Below, piece after piece: positions 29,988-40,523 of a stretch of DNA of 64,000 nucleotides. Numbering within the stretch: the first letter of the stretch is position 1; each line of letters starts with the position of its first letter. The position numbers and the translations under genes are program-made. The notes beneath the pieces were generated by a model. It was not told the DNA's origin. It was given only the letters and a program-made list of their open reading frames with translations, and ran no database searches. The stretch is from Gammaproteobacteria bacterium (GTDB taxonomy: Bacteria > Pseudomonadota > Gammaproteobacteria > DATFLL01). The stretch lies in the NCBI GenBank assembly GCA_035267785.1, contig DATFLL010000042.1, positions 12,817 to 76,816 of the forward strand, given 5' to 3'.

Positions 29988-30509
29988 ATGATACAGAAAC
30001 TCGCCGCCGGGGCCATGCTGCTCGGCCTGTTTGGATGTGCCAGTCACCCGCCCATCAAGACCGTCGAGCGCGTCGACTTGCAGCGCTTCATGGGCGATTG
30101 GTATGTCATCGCCAACATCCCGACCTTCATCGAGAAGGGCGCCCACAATGCGGTCGAGTCCTACCGGCTCAACGACGACGGGACCGTTGCGACCACGTTT
30201 ACGTTTCGCGACGGTGGTTTCGACGGGGAGAAGAAGACCTACCACCCGACCGGCTACATCCAGGACACCACCAGCAATGCCGTCTGGGGTATGCAGTTCA
30301 TCTGGCCCATCAAGGCCGACTACCGAATCGTATACCTGAACGCCGACTACACACAGACAGTGATCGGGCGTCTCAAGCGAGACTACGTCTGGATCATGGC
30401 GCGAAGCCCGAGCATTCCCGAGAGCGACTATCAGCGAATACTCGCGCTGCTGGCCGAAGAGGGATACGACACGAGCGAGATCAAAAAGGTACCGCAACGA
30501 TGGAATTGA
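29988..30509 (+). CDS. blc: bacterial lipocalin (Blc) outer-membrane lipoprotein
   Basis: Lipobox LLGLFGCAS and lipocalin motif GDWYVIA. Confidence 0.8.
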   Translation: MIQKLAAGAMLLGLFGCASHPPIKTVERVDLQRFMGDWYVIANIPTFIEKGAHNAVESYRLNDDGTVATTFTFRDGGFDGEKKTYHPTGYIQDTTSNAVWGMQFIWPIKADYRIVYLNADYTQTVIGRLKRDYVWIMARSPSIPESDYQRILALLAEEGYDTSEIKKVPQRWN

Positions 30510-30552
30510 GCTTCGTTATTCGCGGCACGGCTGTCCGTAGGGAGCTTCGCAC

Positions 30553-31827
30553 ATGAAAATCGCCATTGTCGGGTCCGGCATCGCCGGTAACGTCGCCGCG
30601 TATCATCTGTGCAAGGAACACGATATCACGGTGTTCGAGGCCGGCGACCACATCGGCGGACACACCCATACGCACGACATTGACTGGGGCGGAACGCATT
30701 ACGCCGTGGATACCGGCTTTATCGTGTTCAACTACGCCACCTATCCGCACTTCACGCAGCTGCTGCACGAGCTCGAGGTGCCGGTACAGGCCTCCGATAT
30801 GAGCTTTAGCGTCAAGTCCGAAGACGGCGCCCTGGAATACAACGGCAGCTCGCTGAATACACTGTTCGCGCAGCGCAGCAACCTGTTCAGCCCCTCGTTC
30901 CTGCGGATGCTCAGGGATGTGATGCGCTTCAACCGAGAAGCTGCCGCCCTGGTCGGGCGCGGCGACCTGGTGACGACGCTCGGGGAATTTCTGCAGGCCG
31001 GACGCTTCAGCCGCGAGTTCATCGAGCACTATCTCATCCCGATGGCCTCGGCCATCTGGTCCGCCGACCCGGCGCGCATGCGCCAGTTCCCGGTCGGCTT
31101 CCTGATTCGCTTCTTTCACAACCACGGCCTGCTCAGCATTTCGCAGCGGCCCCAGTGGTACGTCATCCAGGGAGGCTCGCGCGAATACGTCCGCAAGCTC
31201 ACCGCCCCCTTCGCCGGGCGTGTGCGTATCGGCTGCCCGGTCGAGCGCATTACGCGCCACGCCACCCACGTCACTGTCAAGCCGGCGGGCCAGGAGCCGG
31301 AACGCTTCGATCAGGTATTCATCGCGGCCCACAGCGACCAGGCCCTGCGGATGCTGGCCGACCCCTCGCCCGCCGAACGAGAGGTGTTGGGCGCCATTCC
31401 GTACCAGGTCAACGAGGCCGTGCTGCATACCGATTGCGACATCCTGCCCCGGCGCCGGCGCGCCTGGGCGGCCTGGAATTATCACCTCCTGCCGGCCGAG
31501 CACGGCCGGGTACCGGTCACCTATAATATGAATATTCTGCAGGGGCTGTCCGCACCGGTTCAGTTCTGTGTCACCTTGAACAACAGCAAGCGCATCGACC
31601 CCGGTCGCGTGCTGAAACGGATAACGTATCACCACCCCGTCTTCACGCCCGAGGGAATCGCCGCGCAGCAACGCCACCGCGAGCTGAACGGAGCGAACCG
31701 AACCTATTATTGCGGCGCCTATTGGCGCCACGGCTTCCATGAGGATGGGGTCGTCAGCGCGCTCGATGCCCTTTCCCACTTTCGTGAGCAGACGCATGAA
31801 CAGTTGCCTCTACGAAGGGCGAGTTAG
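30553..31827 (+). CDS. NAD(P)/FAD-dependent oxidoreductase (amine-oxidase-like) of the cfa cluster
   Basis: Dinucleotide-binding motif MKIAIVGSGIAGNVAAYHL. Confidence 0.85.
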   Translation: MKIAIVGSGIAGNVAAYHLCKEHDITVFEAGDHIGGHTHTHDIDWGGTHYAVDTGFIVFNYATYPHFTQLLHELEVPVQASDMSFSVKSEDGALEYNGSSLNTLFAQRSNLFSPSFLRMLRDVMRFNREAAALVGRGDLVTTLGEFLQAGRFSREFIEHYLIPMASAIWSADPARMRQFPVGFLIRFFHNHGLLSISQRPQWYVIQGGSREYVRKLTAPFAGRVRIGCPVERITRHATHVTVKPAGQEPERFDQVFIAAHSDQALRMLADPSPAEREVLGAIPYQVNEAVLHTDCDILPRRRRAWAAWNYHLLPAEHGRVPVTYNMNILQGLSAPVQFCVTLNNSKRIDPGRVLKRITYHHPVFTPEGIAAQQRHRELNGANRTYYCGAYWRHGFHEDGVVSALDALSHFREQTHEQLPLRRAS

Positions 31828-32587
31828 GCATCGGCGCTTCGCGCCGCGGCCTCATAGCTTCGAGTACCCCATCTTCTACGTGTACCTCGATTTGGACGAG
31901 CTGCGCGAGGCGTTCGGCGCGCGCTGGCTTTGGTCGGCGCGTCGCCCTGCGCTCGCCTGGTTTCGCCGCGCGGACCACCTCGGGCCGGTTGACCGACCGC
32001 TCAAGGACGCGGTCGCCGACGTGGTGGAGCGCCATTGCGGACGGCGCCCGCGGGGGCCGATCCGGCTGTTGACGCAGCTGCGGTACTTCGGCTACGTCTT
32101 CAACCCGGTCAGCTTCTACTACTGCTTCGATCCGACGGGCGCCCGCGTGGAGACGGTCGTCGCCGAAGTGACCAATACGCCATGGGGAGAGCGCCACCTC
32201 TATGTCCTGCGGGCGGACCCGGACGTCGGCGCGGCGCGGCATGCCCGATTTCAACTGCGCAAGGAGTTCCACGTCTCCCCGTTCATGCCCATGGATATCG
32301 ACTACGACTGGATTCTCACGTCCCCTGAGCAGCGCCTGAGCGTACACATGAAGAACTATCGGGCCGGACACAGACTGTTCGACGCGACGCTGAGCCTCGA
32401 CAAGCGGCCGCTGACCGGCGCGAATTGTGCTCGCGTGCTTGTGCGCTATCCCCTGATGACGGCCAAGATCATGGCCACGATCTATTGGCAGGCGTTGAAG
32501 CTGTGGCTCAAGGGGGCGCCGGTGTACGACCATCCCACCAAGGCGGAACAACCCAACGGAGGCGAGAACAACTCGAAGCCCGTATGA
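31796..32587 (+). CDS. DUF1365 family protein
   Basis: Starts MNSCLYEGRVRHRRF with a conserved DUF1365 N-terminus. Overlaps the next gene start (ATGA). Confidence 0.75.
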   Translation: MNSCLYEGRVRHRRFAPRPHSFEYPIFYVYLDLDELREAFGARWLWSARRPALAWFRRADHLGPVDRPLKDAVADVVERHCGRRPRGPIRLLTQLRYFGYVFNPVSFYYCFDPTGARVETVVAEVTNTPWGERHLYVLRADPDVGAARHARFQLRKEFHVSPFMPMDIDYDWILTSPEQRLSVHMKNYRAGHRLFDATLSLDKRPLTGANCARVLVRYPLMTAKIMATIYWQALKLWLKGAPVYDHPTKAEQPNGGENNSKPV

Positions 32588-33888
32588 GCGAAATCACGCA
32601 ACATCTGCCGCGCAGCGTACACCGGGACGACACGGGCGAGCGACTGCTCGACCGCCTGGCGCGGCGCGCCTTGTTTGGACAACTGCGAAGGCTGCACGAC
32701 GGTGAAGTCGTACTGGTCGACCGCGGAAGGGCGCACCGGTTCGGGCAACGAACGGCGCACTGTCCGATCAGCGTTACATTGTACGTCTCCGACCCGCGGT
32801 TCTACAGTGAGGCCGTCTTCGGAGGAACGATCGGGGTCGGTGAGGCCTACATGGCCGGCTACTGGCACAGCGACGATTTGACGTCCCTGGTTCAGGTCAT
32901 GGCCCACAACCTGGACGTGAGCGACGGTATGGAACGGGGACTCGGTGCCGTCGCGATGCCGGCGCGAAAGCTTCTGCATTGGCTCAATCGCAACACTCGT
33001 TCCGGCAGCCGCCGCAACATCGCCGCCCACTACGATCTGGGCAATGAATTCTTCGGCTTGATGCTGGACGAGACCATGATGTATTCGTGCGCGATTTTTG
33101 AAGAACCGGCGATGGATCTCGCCGCCGCACAGCGATTTCGCCTCGAGCGGATCTGCAGGAAGCTCGACCTGCAGCCCACGGATCACCTGTTGGAGATCGG
33201 TACGGGTTGGGGCGGGCTCGCGCTGCACGCCGCGCGTCACTTCGGCTGCCGGGTCACGACCACGACGATCTCCCGGGAGCAATACGAGTACGCACGCCGG
33301 CGGATCGCCGAGGCGGGCCTGGAAGACCGGGTCACTGTTCTGCTCGAGGATTACCGCAATCTTACCGGCCGATACGACAAACTGGTCTCCATCGAGATGA
33401 TAGAGGCGGTGGGCCACGAGTATTTCGACGCCTATTTCCGCAAGTGCGCCTCGCTGCTCGAACCCGGCGGCTTGATGCTGATCCAGGCGATCACCATCGC
33501 GGACCGACGATACGAGCAGGCCAAACGTTCGGTGGACTTCATCCAGCGATACATCTTTCCCGGCGGCTGCCTCCCGTCGGTGACGGCGATGCTGGGGTCT
33601 ATCGCCGCGCACACCGATCTGCGGCTGGACGCACTGGAGGAGATCGGCGGGCATTACGCGCGCACACTGCGCCTGTGGCGGCGCAACGTGGCGGACAACC
33701 TGGACCGTATCCGGGACATGGGCTATTCCGATGCGTTCCTGCGCATGTGGGAATACTATCTATGCTACTGCGAGGGCGGATTCCTGGCGCGCACCATCGG
33801 TACCGTCCACATGCGCTTGAGCAAACCGGGGACAGGGGCTGGCGGGGGTGTGCCGCGGGCATTCGAGACTCGGGGCAAAGCACGTTAA
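32584..33888 (+). CDS. cfa: cyclopropane-fatty-acyl-phospholipid synthase family SAM-dependent methyltransferase (paralog 2)
   Basis: SAM motif LLEIGTGWGGLA, IAAHYDLGNEFF, and the C-terminal YYLCYCEGGF. Confidence 0.85.
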   Translation: MSEITQHLPRSVHRDDTGERLLDRLARRALFGQLRRLHDGEVVLVDRGRAHRFGQRTAHCPISVTLYVSDPRFYSEAVFGGTIGVGEAYMAGYWHSDDLTSLVQVMAHNLDVSDGMERGLGAVAMPARKLLHWLNRNTRSGSRRNIAAHYDLGNEFFGLMLDETMMYSCAIFEEPAMDLAAAQRFRLERICRKLDLQPTDHLLEIGTGWGGLALHAARHFGCRVTTTTISREQYEYARRRIAEAGLEDRVTVLLEDYRNLTGRYDKLVSIEMIEAVGHEYFDAYFRKCASLLEPGGLMLIQAITIADRRYEQAKRSVDFIQRYIFPGGCLPSVTAMLGSIAAHTDLRLDALEEIGGHYARTLRLWRRNVADNLDRIRDMGYSDAFLRMWEYYLCYCEGGFLARTIGTVHMRLSKPGTGAGGGVPRAFETRGKAR

Positions 33889-33963
33889 TTCCCGATCGGG
33901 ATGAACCGAAGTCGATTGGCCGGCGACTCAGTGACTATAACCACACACCGAGGGGATGGAGAC

Positions 33964-34290
33964 ATGAATACCTTGATAAACAACCGATTGGCGTCGGCCG
34001 CGCTCATCGCGTTGGCGCTGGCACTGCCGGCCGGTCAGGCGGCCGCCGCCGGATTCGTCAAGTACGACGGTATCAAGGGCGAGGCCAGGCAGCGCCCAAC
34101 GCCGACCAAACCGACGCCACCGGCCGATCTGAAGGCCGAACAAAAAGGCAAGTCGACCGGCCTGCTGCTGCCGGCCATACAGAAAGCGCGGGACGGCGCC
34201 GCCAAACCGACGACCAAGGCGGACGCCCTCAAGCCCAAATCGCCCAAACCGCGCGGCCTGCTCCTGCCGGCCATTCAGAAGGCGCGGTAA
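33964..34290 (+). CDS. small secreted Lys/Pro-rich protein with duplicated C-terminal motif GLLLPAIQKAR
   Basis: Signal peptide MNTLINNRLASAALIALALALPAGQAAAA. The motif occurs twice. Confidence 0.45.
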   Translation: MNTLINNRLASAALIALALALPAGQAAAAGFVKYDGIKGEARQRPTPTKPTPPADLKAEQKGKSTGLLLPAIQKARDGAAKPTTKADALKPKSPKPRGLLLPAIQKAR

Positions 34291-34332
34291 TACGCGAAAG
34301 CCCGGCACGGCGCACGCGCCGTGCCTGGGCAC

Positions 34333-34782
34333 TCACCACTTGCGGTACGGCAGAAATTTACCGTTGTAGGTAATCTGGACGCGATCGCCCTTGGGATCGG
34401 CAATGCGCTCAATCTCGATTTCGAAATCGATCGCACTCATGATGCCGTCGCCGAACTCTTCGTGGATCAGGGCCTTGATAGTGGTCCCGTATACCTGCGA
34501 TATCTCGTGCAGCCGGTAAATAAGGGGGTCGACCGGTACGGCCGAGTCCAGCGAGCCCTTCATCGGGCACTCGAGCAGAGCCGACTTCAAGCCGCTGTCG
34601 CCGCTCATGCCGAGTATTTCGAGCAGGGCATCCGCCTCGGTCTCGTCCATACTGGCCTGGCCCAAGATGGCCGCTGTCACCCAGACCTTGTGCCGCCCGA
34701 CGGCCTCGGCAATGGCTGCAAAGCTCAGGCCCTTGTCGTGCTTGGCCTCCAACAGCAATTCAGTGGCATCTTCACGTCGCAC
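34333..34782 (-). CDS. cynS: cyanate hydratase (cyanase)
   Basis: Strong similarity to CynS throughout (HKVWVTAAILGQ, YRLHEISQVYGTTIKALIHEEFGDGIMSAIDF). Probable GTG start at 34782, 8 nt after GGAGG. Confidence 0.85.
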   Translation of the reverse strand: MRREDATELLLEAKHDKGLSFAAIAEAVGRHKVWVTAAILGQASMDETEADALLEILGMSGDSGLKSALLECPMKGSLDSAVPVDPLIYRLHEISQVYGTTIKALIHEEFGDGIMSAIDFEIEIERIADPKGDRVQITYNGKFLPYRKW

Positions 34783-35087
34783 AATTGTCACCTCCGTTAG
34801 TTGTTCACGGCCGAGGCCCAAACCCCACTGCCTGGTCACCTCGCCGCCCGCGCCGCACACGCCAGCGCACCGCGAAACGATGTTGCCGATCGTCAGTGCA
34901 ACGGTTGTGCCAGCGAGGCAAGAAACTGTTCAGACGGGAGTTTTGCCCACAACGCGCCGGCAGGTGCGGCGGTCACGACCCAATCGAGTGCGGGTCGATC
35001 TCACGGCGCACCAGCGTGAGGCGTCACGGTCTGCAAACGCTTCCCAATGGGCGCGGGTCGGCGCAGGCCCGGCTGGCGGGGAGCCCC

Positions 35088-35118
35088 GTTGACAGTCAAC
35101 TCGGCACGGTCCTATAGT
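35088..35118 (+). promoter_or_regulatory. near-consensus sigma70 promoter (TTGACA-18nt-TATAGT) whose -35 is embedded in the palindrome GTTGACaGTCAAC
   Basis: Read directly from the sequence. Lies about 170 nt upstream of the EamA transporter start. Confidence 0.5.
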
Positions 35119-35289
35119 CAATCCATGCACAGGCAACCCGAACTGAACAACGCATGTGTCCAGTGGCTGTGGAAACACGGCCCAGGCGGCGCGCGCGTGT
35201 AAGTTCGGTACACGAGCAAGGCAGCCGCGGGATCCGATCGCGGCCTGCCATCCCGCCCTCGGACCCGCCGTAGCGAAAAGGGTCCACCG

Positions 35290-36204
35290 ATGGAACACTC
35301 CGCAACCGCACCGCGTCCCGCCGCCCTCGCCGGCGCCGGCCTGGTTCTGATTGCCGCGATTGGCTTCTCGGCCAAGGCAATCTTCGTCAAGCTCGCCTAC
35401 CGCTATGCCGTGGACCCGGTGACGCTGCTGGCGCTGCGCATGCTGCTCTCGCTGCCGTTTTTCATCGGCGCCGCGTTCTGGTCGCGCCGCCGGCGCGCGC
35501 CGCGGCTCGACAAGAGGGATTGGAGCAACGTGCTGTTTCTGGGCGTGGTGGGCTATTACCTGGCAAGCCTGTTCGACTTTCTTGGGCTGCAGTACGTCAC
35601 CGCCGGGCTGGAGCGCCTGGTCCTGTTCCTGTATCCGACGCTGGTCGTGCTGATCACGCTCGTACGTTTTCGCCGGCCGATCGGCCGCGTCGAGCTGCTC
35701 GCGCTGGTGCTGAGCTACGGCGGTATCGGCTTTGTATTTCTGCACGATCTGCGCGTCGAGGGGACGAACGTGCCGCTGGGCACGGCACTGGTCTTCGCCA
35801 GCGCCCTGGCGTATGCCACATACCTGGTGGGTGCCGGCGAGCTGGTACACCGAATCGGCACGCTGCGTTTTACCGCCTACGTGCTGACCGTCTCCTGCCT
35901 GGCGGTCGTCGTCCAGTTCCTGCTGACCCACCCCGTGAATGCGCTCGTACAGCCGACCCCGGTGTACGCCCTGGCGCTGGCGATGGCGCTGGTCTCGACC
36001 GTCATGCCCGCCTTCCTGCTGACGGCCGGCATCCGGCGCATCGGGGCGCGCACCGCCGCGCTCATCGGGGCCGTCGGCCCGGTGTCGACCATCGCGCTGG
36101 CGGCCGTCTTTTTGGGCGAGCCGATATCGGCGGTTCAGATCCTGGGTGCCGCGCTGGTATTGATCGGGGTCATCACCGTCTCGCTGCGCCAAAGACGCAC
36201 CTGA
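35290..36204 (+). CDS. EamA/DMT-family transporter
   Basis: 10 TM helices with duplicated EamA domains. Confidence 0.8.
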   Translation: MEHSATAPRPAALAGAGLVLIAAIGFSAKAIFVKLAYRYAVDPVTLLALRMLLSLPFFIGAAFWSRRRRAPRLDKRDWSNVLFLGVVGYYLASLFDFLGLQYVTAGLERLVLFLYPTLVVLITLVRFRRPIGRVELLALVLSYGGIGFVFLHDLRVEGTNVPLGTALVFASALAYATYLVGAGELVHRIGTLRFTAYVLTVSCLAVVVQFLLTHPVNALVQPTPVYALALAMALVSTVMPAFLLTAGIRRIGARTAALIGAVGPVSTIALAAVFLGEPISAVQILGAALVLIGVITVSLRQRRT

Positions 36205-36215
36205 GCAGTGGTGCG

Positions 36216-36560
36216 TCAATCGCTCTTGTCGGCGCAGGCAATACAGCGCGTGTGGGTCGGGTCCGCCGCCAGGCGACGCACGTCGATCTCCTCGCCGCAC
36301 ACGAAACAGTAGCCGTAGTCGCCCGAGTCGATGCGCCGCAGTGCGGCCTCGATGCGGGTTAGCTGCTGCTGGCGCCGGCGGGCCGTCTCCTGTGCCATTT
36401 CCTGCGCCTGCATGGCATCCATGCGTGAGAGCCGTCCGACACTTGCCTGATCGAGCTCGACGGGCTTGGTCGAATCCTTCGACGCCTCTTGCGTAGCTTG
36501 CAGCTCGGCCCGCATTGCGAGCAGCCTCTGTCGGAATCGTTCGGTCTGCGTATCATCCAT
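36216..36560 (-). CDS. DksA/TraR-family C4 zinc-finger protein
   Basis: C-terminal CFVCGEEI...CIAC zinc finger and an N-terminal coiled-coil region. Confidence 0.75.
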   Translation of the reverse strand: MDDTQTERFRQRLLAMRAELQATQEASKDSTKPVELDQASVGRLSRMDAMQAQEMAQETARRRQQQLTRIEAALRRIDSGDYGYCFVCGEEIDVRRLAADPTHTRCIACADKSD

Positions 36561-36777
36561 CGGTCGTCACATCCGTTTCGCCAGGCGTTGCTCGAGCGAG
36601 GCAACACGAACCGCCCCGCCGCGCGCCGGGATGAACCAGTCTACGCCCAACGCGAAGGATCACAAGACAAAGCCGACCGGGTGAGTCGGGTTTTGGCGGC
36701 CGTGTTCTTTGAGCCAAGGGGGTCGATTTGTTTTAATGGACCTCCTCGACGATACCAACAACCGAACAAGGGGACGC

Positions 36778-38058
36778 ATGGTATTTCATCTGCCCAAGGG
36801 ACAACGCCGCACGGCCACTGCCGCCGGAGTCATCGGCAACATCATCGAATGGTACGACTTCGCGCTCTATGGATTTATGGCGACGATCCTCTCGACGCTG
36901 TTCTTTCCCAGCCACAATCGAACGGCCTCGCTGCTGGCGACCTACGGGGTATTCGCCGTGGGCTTTATCATGCGTCCACTGGGCTCGGCGATCTTCGGTT
37001 GGCTGGGCGACACGATCGGGCGCAGCCGCACCATGCTGATCTCGGTGGCCATGATGGCGCTGCCGACATTCCTGCTCGGAGTGCTTCCGACCTACGATTC
37101 GGTCGGCATCTGGGCGCCGATCTTGTTGATCGCTATCCGTCTCATTCAAGGCCTGTCGGTGGGCGGGGAGTTTTCCAGCTCCGTAACCTATCTGGTGGAG
37201 ACGGCGCCGACGGAGCGGCGGGGACTGTCCGGCAGTTGGGCCAATGTGGGCAGCATGCTCGGTATGCTGATCGGCTCGGGCGTCGCCGCGGCGGCGACCA
37301 ATTTTTTCGACCCGGCCACCCTGCACGCCTGGGGCTGGCGTCTTCCCTTTCTATTCGGCGCGGTGCTCGGCGGCATTGCGATCGCGCTGCGCCGCCACCT
37401 GCCCCGCTCGGAACATTTTGCCAAGCACGAGGCGGATCACGGCGAGACCTCACCGCTCTGGGAGGCGCTCACCCGCGACGGCAAACAGACCTTGCAAGGC
37501 ACGCTGTTCGCTTCGTCCTACGGAGCGCTGTTCTATCTGACGCTGGTCTATCTGCCGAACTGGCTGACCGAATACACTTCACTGGATCTGGCCACGGCCA
37601 TGCGTGCGAATACCGCCGCGACGGCGCTGATGGTCGTGCTCATTCCGTTCATGGGCTGGGCCTCGGACCGGCTGATTCGCCGCACGTGGCTCATCGCCAT
37701 CGCCTTCGGCGTCATGGCGCTGGTCGGCCCGCTGCTGCAGTACTGGATGGCCCACGGCAGCCTCGAGGCGGCGATCACCGCGCAGTTCCTCCTGGCGATC
37801 CTTGTCGCCGTACCCTGCGGCGTGGCGCCGGCCACGTTCGTCGAGTTGTTTCCGACCGAAGACCGGCTCTCGGGGTACTCCGTAGCCTTCAATGTCGGTC
37901 TGGGCGTCGTCGGCGGCGCCACCCCCATGGCGGCGACCTGGCTCATCGACGTCAGCGGCTCGACGCTCGCCCCGGGCTTCTACCTGCTCGGCTGCGCATT
38001 GCTCGGCGTGGCCATCCTCTCGTGGATGAAGGACCGCAGCCGCGAACCGCTGCGCTGA
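36778..38058 (+). CDS. MFS transporter, metabolite:H+ symporter (MHS/ProP-like) family
   Basis: IEWYDFALYGF and GGEFSSSVTYLVE motifs with 12 TM helices. Confidence 0.8.
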   Translation: MVFHLPKGQRRTATAAGVIGNIIEWYDFALYGFMATILSTLFFPSHNRTASLLATYGVFAVGFIMRPLGSAIFGWLGDTIGRSRTMLISVAMMALPTFLLGVLPTYDSVGIWAPILLIAIRLIQGLSVGGEFSSSVTYLVETAPTERRGLSGSWANVGSMLGMLIGSGVAAAATNFFDPATLHAWGWRLPFLFGAVLGGIAIALRRHLPRSEHFAKHEADHGETSPLWEALTRDGKQTLQGTLFASSYGALFYLTLVYLPNWLTEYTSLDLATAMRANTAATALMVVLIPFMGWASDRLIRRTWLIAIAFGVMALVGPLLQYWMAHGSLEAAITAQFLLAILVAVPCGVAPATFVELFPTEDRLSGYSVAFNVGLGVVGGATPMAATWLIDVSGSTLAPGFYLLGCALLGVAILSWMKDRSREPLR

Positions 38059-38099
38059 TACCGGCACTGCGCCGCGGCGCGGAAGTTGCCCACTGGCGG

Positions 38100-39797
38100 T
38101 CAGGCCGCGGTCACCCGGTTGCGCCCGGCGTCCTTCGACCGATAGAGGTATTTGTCGGCGGTGGAAATCACGGCATCCAGGCTGCGGTGCTCCGGCTCGC
38201 GTTCGGCGACACCGAAGCTCGCGGTCAAGGCGATCTGCTTGCCCTCGTATTTGATGCGAACGGCGGCGATCTTTGTCCGCAGTCGTTCCGCCAGGGTGAT
38301 CGCTTCGCCAATCTCCGTCTCGGGCAACAGGAGGATGAACTCCTCGCCACCCCATCGGGCGATGACATCCTGATCCCTCACCGCCTTTCTCAGCAAATCG
38401 GTGAATTCCCTTAGAACCTGGTCGCCGCAGGCGTGCCCATGGACGTCGTTGATGCCCTTGAAGTTGTCGATGTCGAGCAGTACGACCGACAGACGGTGAT
38501 CGTGGCGCAGCGCGATATTCCAGATGGGCGCAGTGATGTCATAAAAGGCGCGGCGGTTGTTCAAACCGGTCAGCGGATCGGACATGGCCAGCTGCTCGGC
38601 ACGCAGCTTGGCCTGCTGACCGAGGCGAAAATGATACGTCAACGCCAGTGCCAGCAGCGTCGCGTCGAGCAACATGCCGATATCGACCGCACGGAAGGTC
38701 CAAATGTTGAACGGAATGAAGCCCCATACGGACAGCGCGGTCAAAGCGGCGCCGACCATAGCCGAAAAGGCCGCGAAGAGGAAATACCGTGCGGTCTTCT
38801 GTCCGGCCTGCACCGCGGCCACGCCCATGGCGAGCATGATACCCGTGAACAGAAAGACAAAGGTGAATGCCACCAACAGGGCGTCGCGCTGGCTGTCGCC
38901 GACAACAGTGAGCAGCAACAGTGCCAGAGCAAGGCCCAGATAAGCGAGGACTCCCCTGTGGATACGGGGGAAATGCCTGCGCGTTTCCAGAAAGGTCAGC
39001 CCGAAGATCAGGCCGGCCGATCCGTACAGCACCATCAGAATCGGATTTGACCACTGCGCCCAGACCACATGGGTCGGCCAGAGCCACTCGAAGCCGTGTC
39101 CGGTATAGGACATGTTCATCAGGAGGAACATACCCAGATACACGGAATAGAACAGATAACGCAGGTCGCGCAGGCCGGCATACAGCATCAGGTTGTAGGC
39201 CAACAGCGCGAACAAAAAACCGTAAAGAAAACCGTAGCTGTAGTCCTGCATAGTCTGACGGTCGCGGGCCCGTTCCGGCGACATCAGGTAGATCGGCACC
39301 ACCATCGGGTCAGGGGTTTGCACACGCACGAACACATCGCTTGTCCCCGTGGGGAACGTATGGTCGAGGGCGAAGTTGCGGGTGTCGACGGGACGCTGCG
39401 CGAAGGCCTGGCGATCGCCGACATGATAGGTCGCGACCGTCTTGCCGGCGTGGCGGAAGTAAACGTCGACGCGATCGAGCCAGGCCGTCTCGATGGAAAG
39501 GCGCCGCGACAATGGCTGGTCGGTCGTATTGGCGACGCTGAAATGGATCCAGACGGGCTTGGTCCCGATGCCAAAGGTGAGTACGCGGTTTCGGCCCGGC
39601 GCGAACTCCCCGCGGCCGTAGGCCGCGATCGCCTGATCGAGGCTCAGCCGGCCGTCGGGTTCCTTCAAGTAGGTGGCATAACGCCCGAGCGGGGCATCGG
39701 GCGGTGCGTTGGCCGAAACCGGGCCGGCCGCGACCACCGCCCCGGCCGGGAAGGCTGACAACAGCAGACTGAGCGCCAGAAGAATGCGGGACGTCAT
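38100..39797 (-). CDS. diguanylate cyclase with periplasmic 7TMR-DISMED2 and 7TMR-DISM_7TM sensor domains
   Basis: Signal peptide, periplasmic domain, 7 TM helices and a GGDEF domain (RWGGEEF). Confidence 0.85.
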   Translation of the reverse strand: MTSRILLALSLLLSAFPAGAVVAAGPVSANAPPDAPLGRYATYLKEPDGRLSLDQAIAAYGRGEFAPGRNRVLTFGIGTKPVWIHFSVANTTDQPLSRRLSIETAWLDRVDVYFRHAGKTVATYHVGDRQAFAQRPVDTRNFALDHTFPTGTSDVFVRVQTPDPMVVPIYLMSPERARDRQTMQDYSYGFLYGFLFALLAYNLMLYAGLRDLRYLFYSVYLGMFLLMNMSYTGHGFEWLWPTHVVWAQWSNPILMVLYGSAGLIFGLTFLETRRHFPRIHRGVLAYLGLALALLLLTVVGDSQRDALLVAFTFVFLFTGIMLAMGVAAVQAGQKTARYFLFAAFSAMVGAALTALSVWGFIPFNIWTFRAVDIGMLLDATLLALALTYHFRLGQQAKLRAEQLAMSDPLTGLNNRRAFYDITAPIWNIALRHDHRLSVVLLDIDNFKGINDVHGHACGDQVLREFTDLLRKAVRDQDVIARWGGEEFILLLPETEIGEAITLAERLRTKIAAVRIKYEGKQIALTASFGVAEREPEHRSLDAVISTADKYLYRSKDAGRNRVTAA

Positions 39798-40126
39798 AGG
39801 TCGGTCATATGCTGCCTGCTCGCGCCGTCCGGTGCCCCGCACAGGCGGTCTTGGCAAGCGAGGTGCCTGCCGGTCCGGGGGCTTCTGCTCCCGCGTCCTC
39901 CCGGTACGTGCTTGCCAGCCTCGCCTCGCGCCTATCCTCAGATAGACACCCTGACCAATGGACTGGCGCTCAGGCGATCATATCATGGCCTGACAGCAAG
40001 GCCACGCGCACGCATTGACCGACGCGCACACGTCGTGCCGCGATGGCAAACCAGCGGTCGCGGTGCGCGAACCGCGCGACTCAGCGTGCGTGGCCGGCAT
40101 GGTCCGCCCGACGCCATCGCAGGCTC

Positions 40127-40523
40127 TCAGGTATCGAAGTCGAGTCCGGCGAGAATTCTGTTCAATCGGCCCTGCTCGCCCGACTCGTGCGCCAAGGACG
40201 CATTGGCCTCGCCGGTTTGACGGGCGGACTCCTCGATCCGCTCGATGTACTGGCGCGTACACTGCGCAACCAGGTCCTTGAGTCGGTCCAGGAGGGGGAC
40301 GATTTCGTCGGGCGTACGGACCCACGTCTCGATGATGAGTCCCTCGGTCTCCTTCATCCGCGGCGAAGAAGGATGTTTGGCCGCCAGATTGTTGAACTCG
40401 CGACACCAGTCCGCGGGCGCCTGGTGTGACAGCTTGAAGAAGATATCGATGTAGGGCTCTTTCCTGATGATGGGCGGGCGCCTGTCATCGATTCCGGCGA
40501 TTCTGATGTCACTGATACCTTCC
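40127..40523 (-). CDS. hypothetical protein (about 132 aa)
   Basis: Coding-like ORF. Probable TTG start at 40523, 9 nt after GGGAG. No recognised motif. Confidence 0.35.

Noticed and set aside
34930-36300. 456-aa minus-strand ORF
   Set aside because: Antisense to the EamA transporter and the promoter region. Composition is Arg/Gly/Asp-rich junk.
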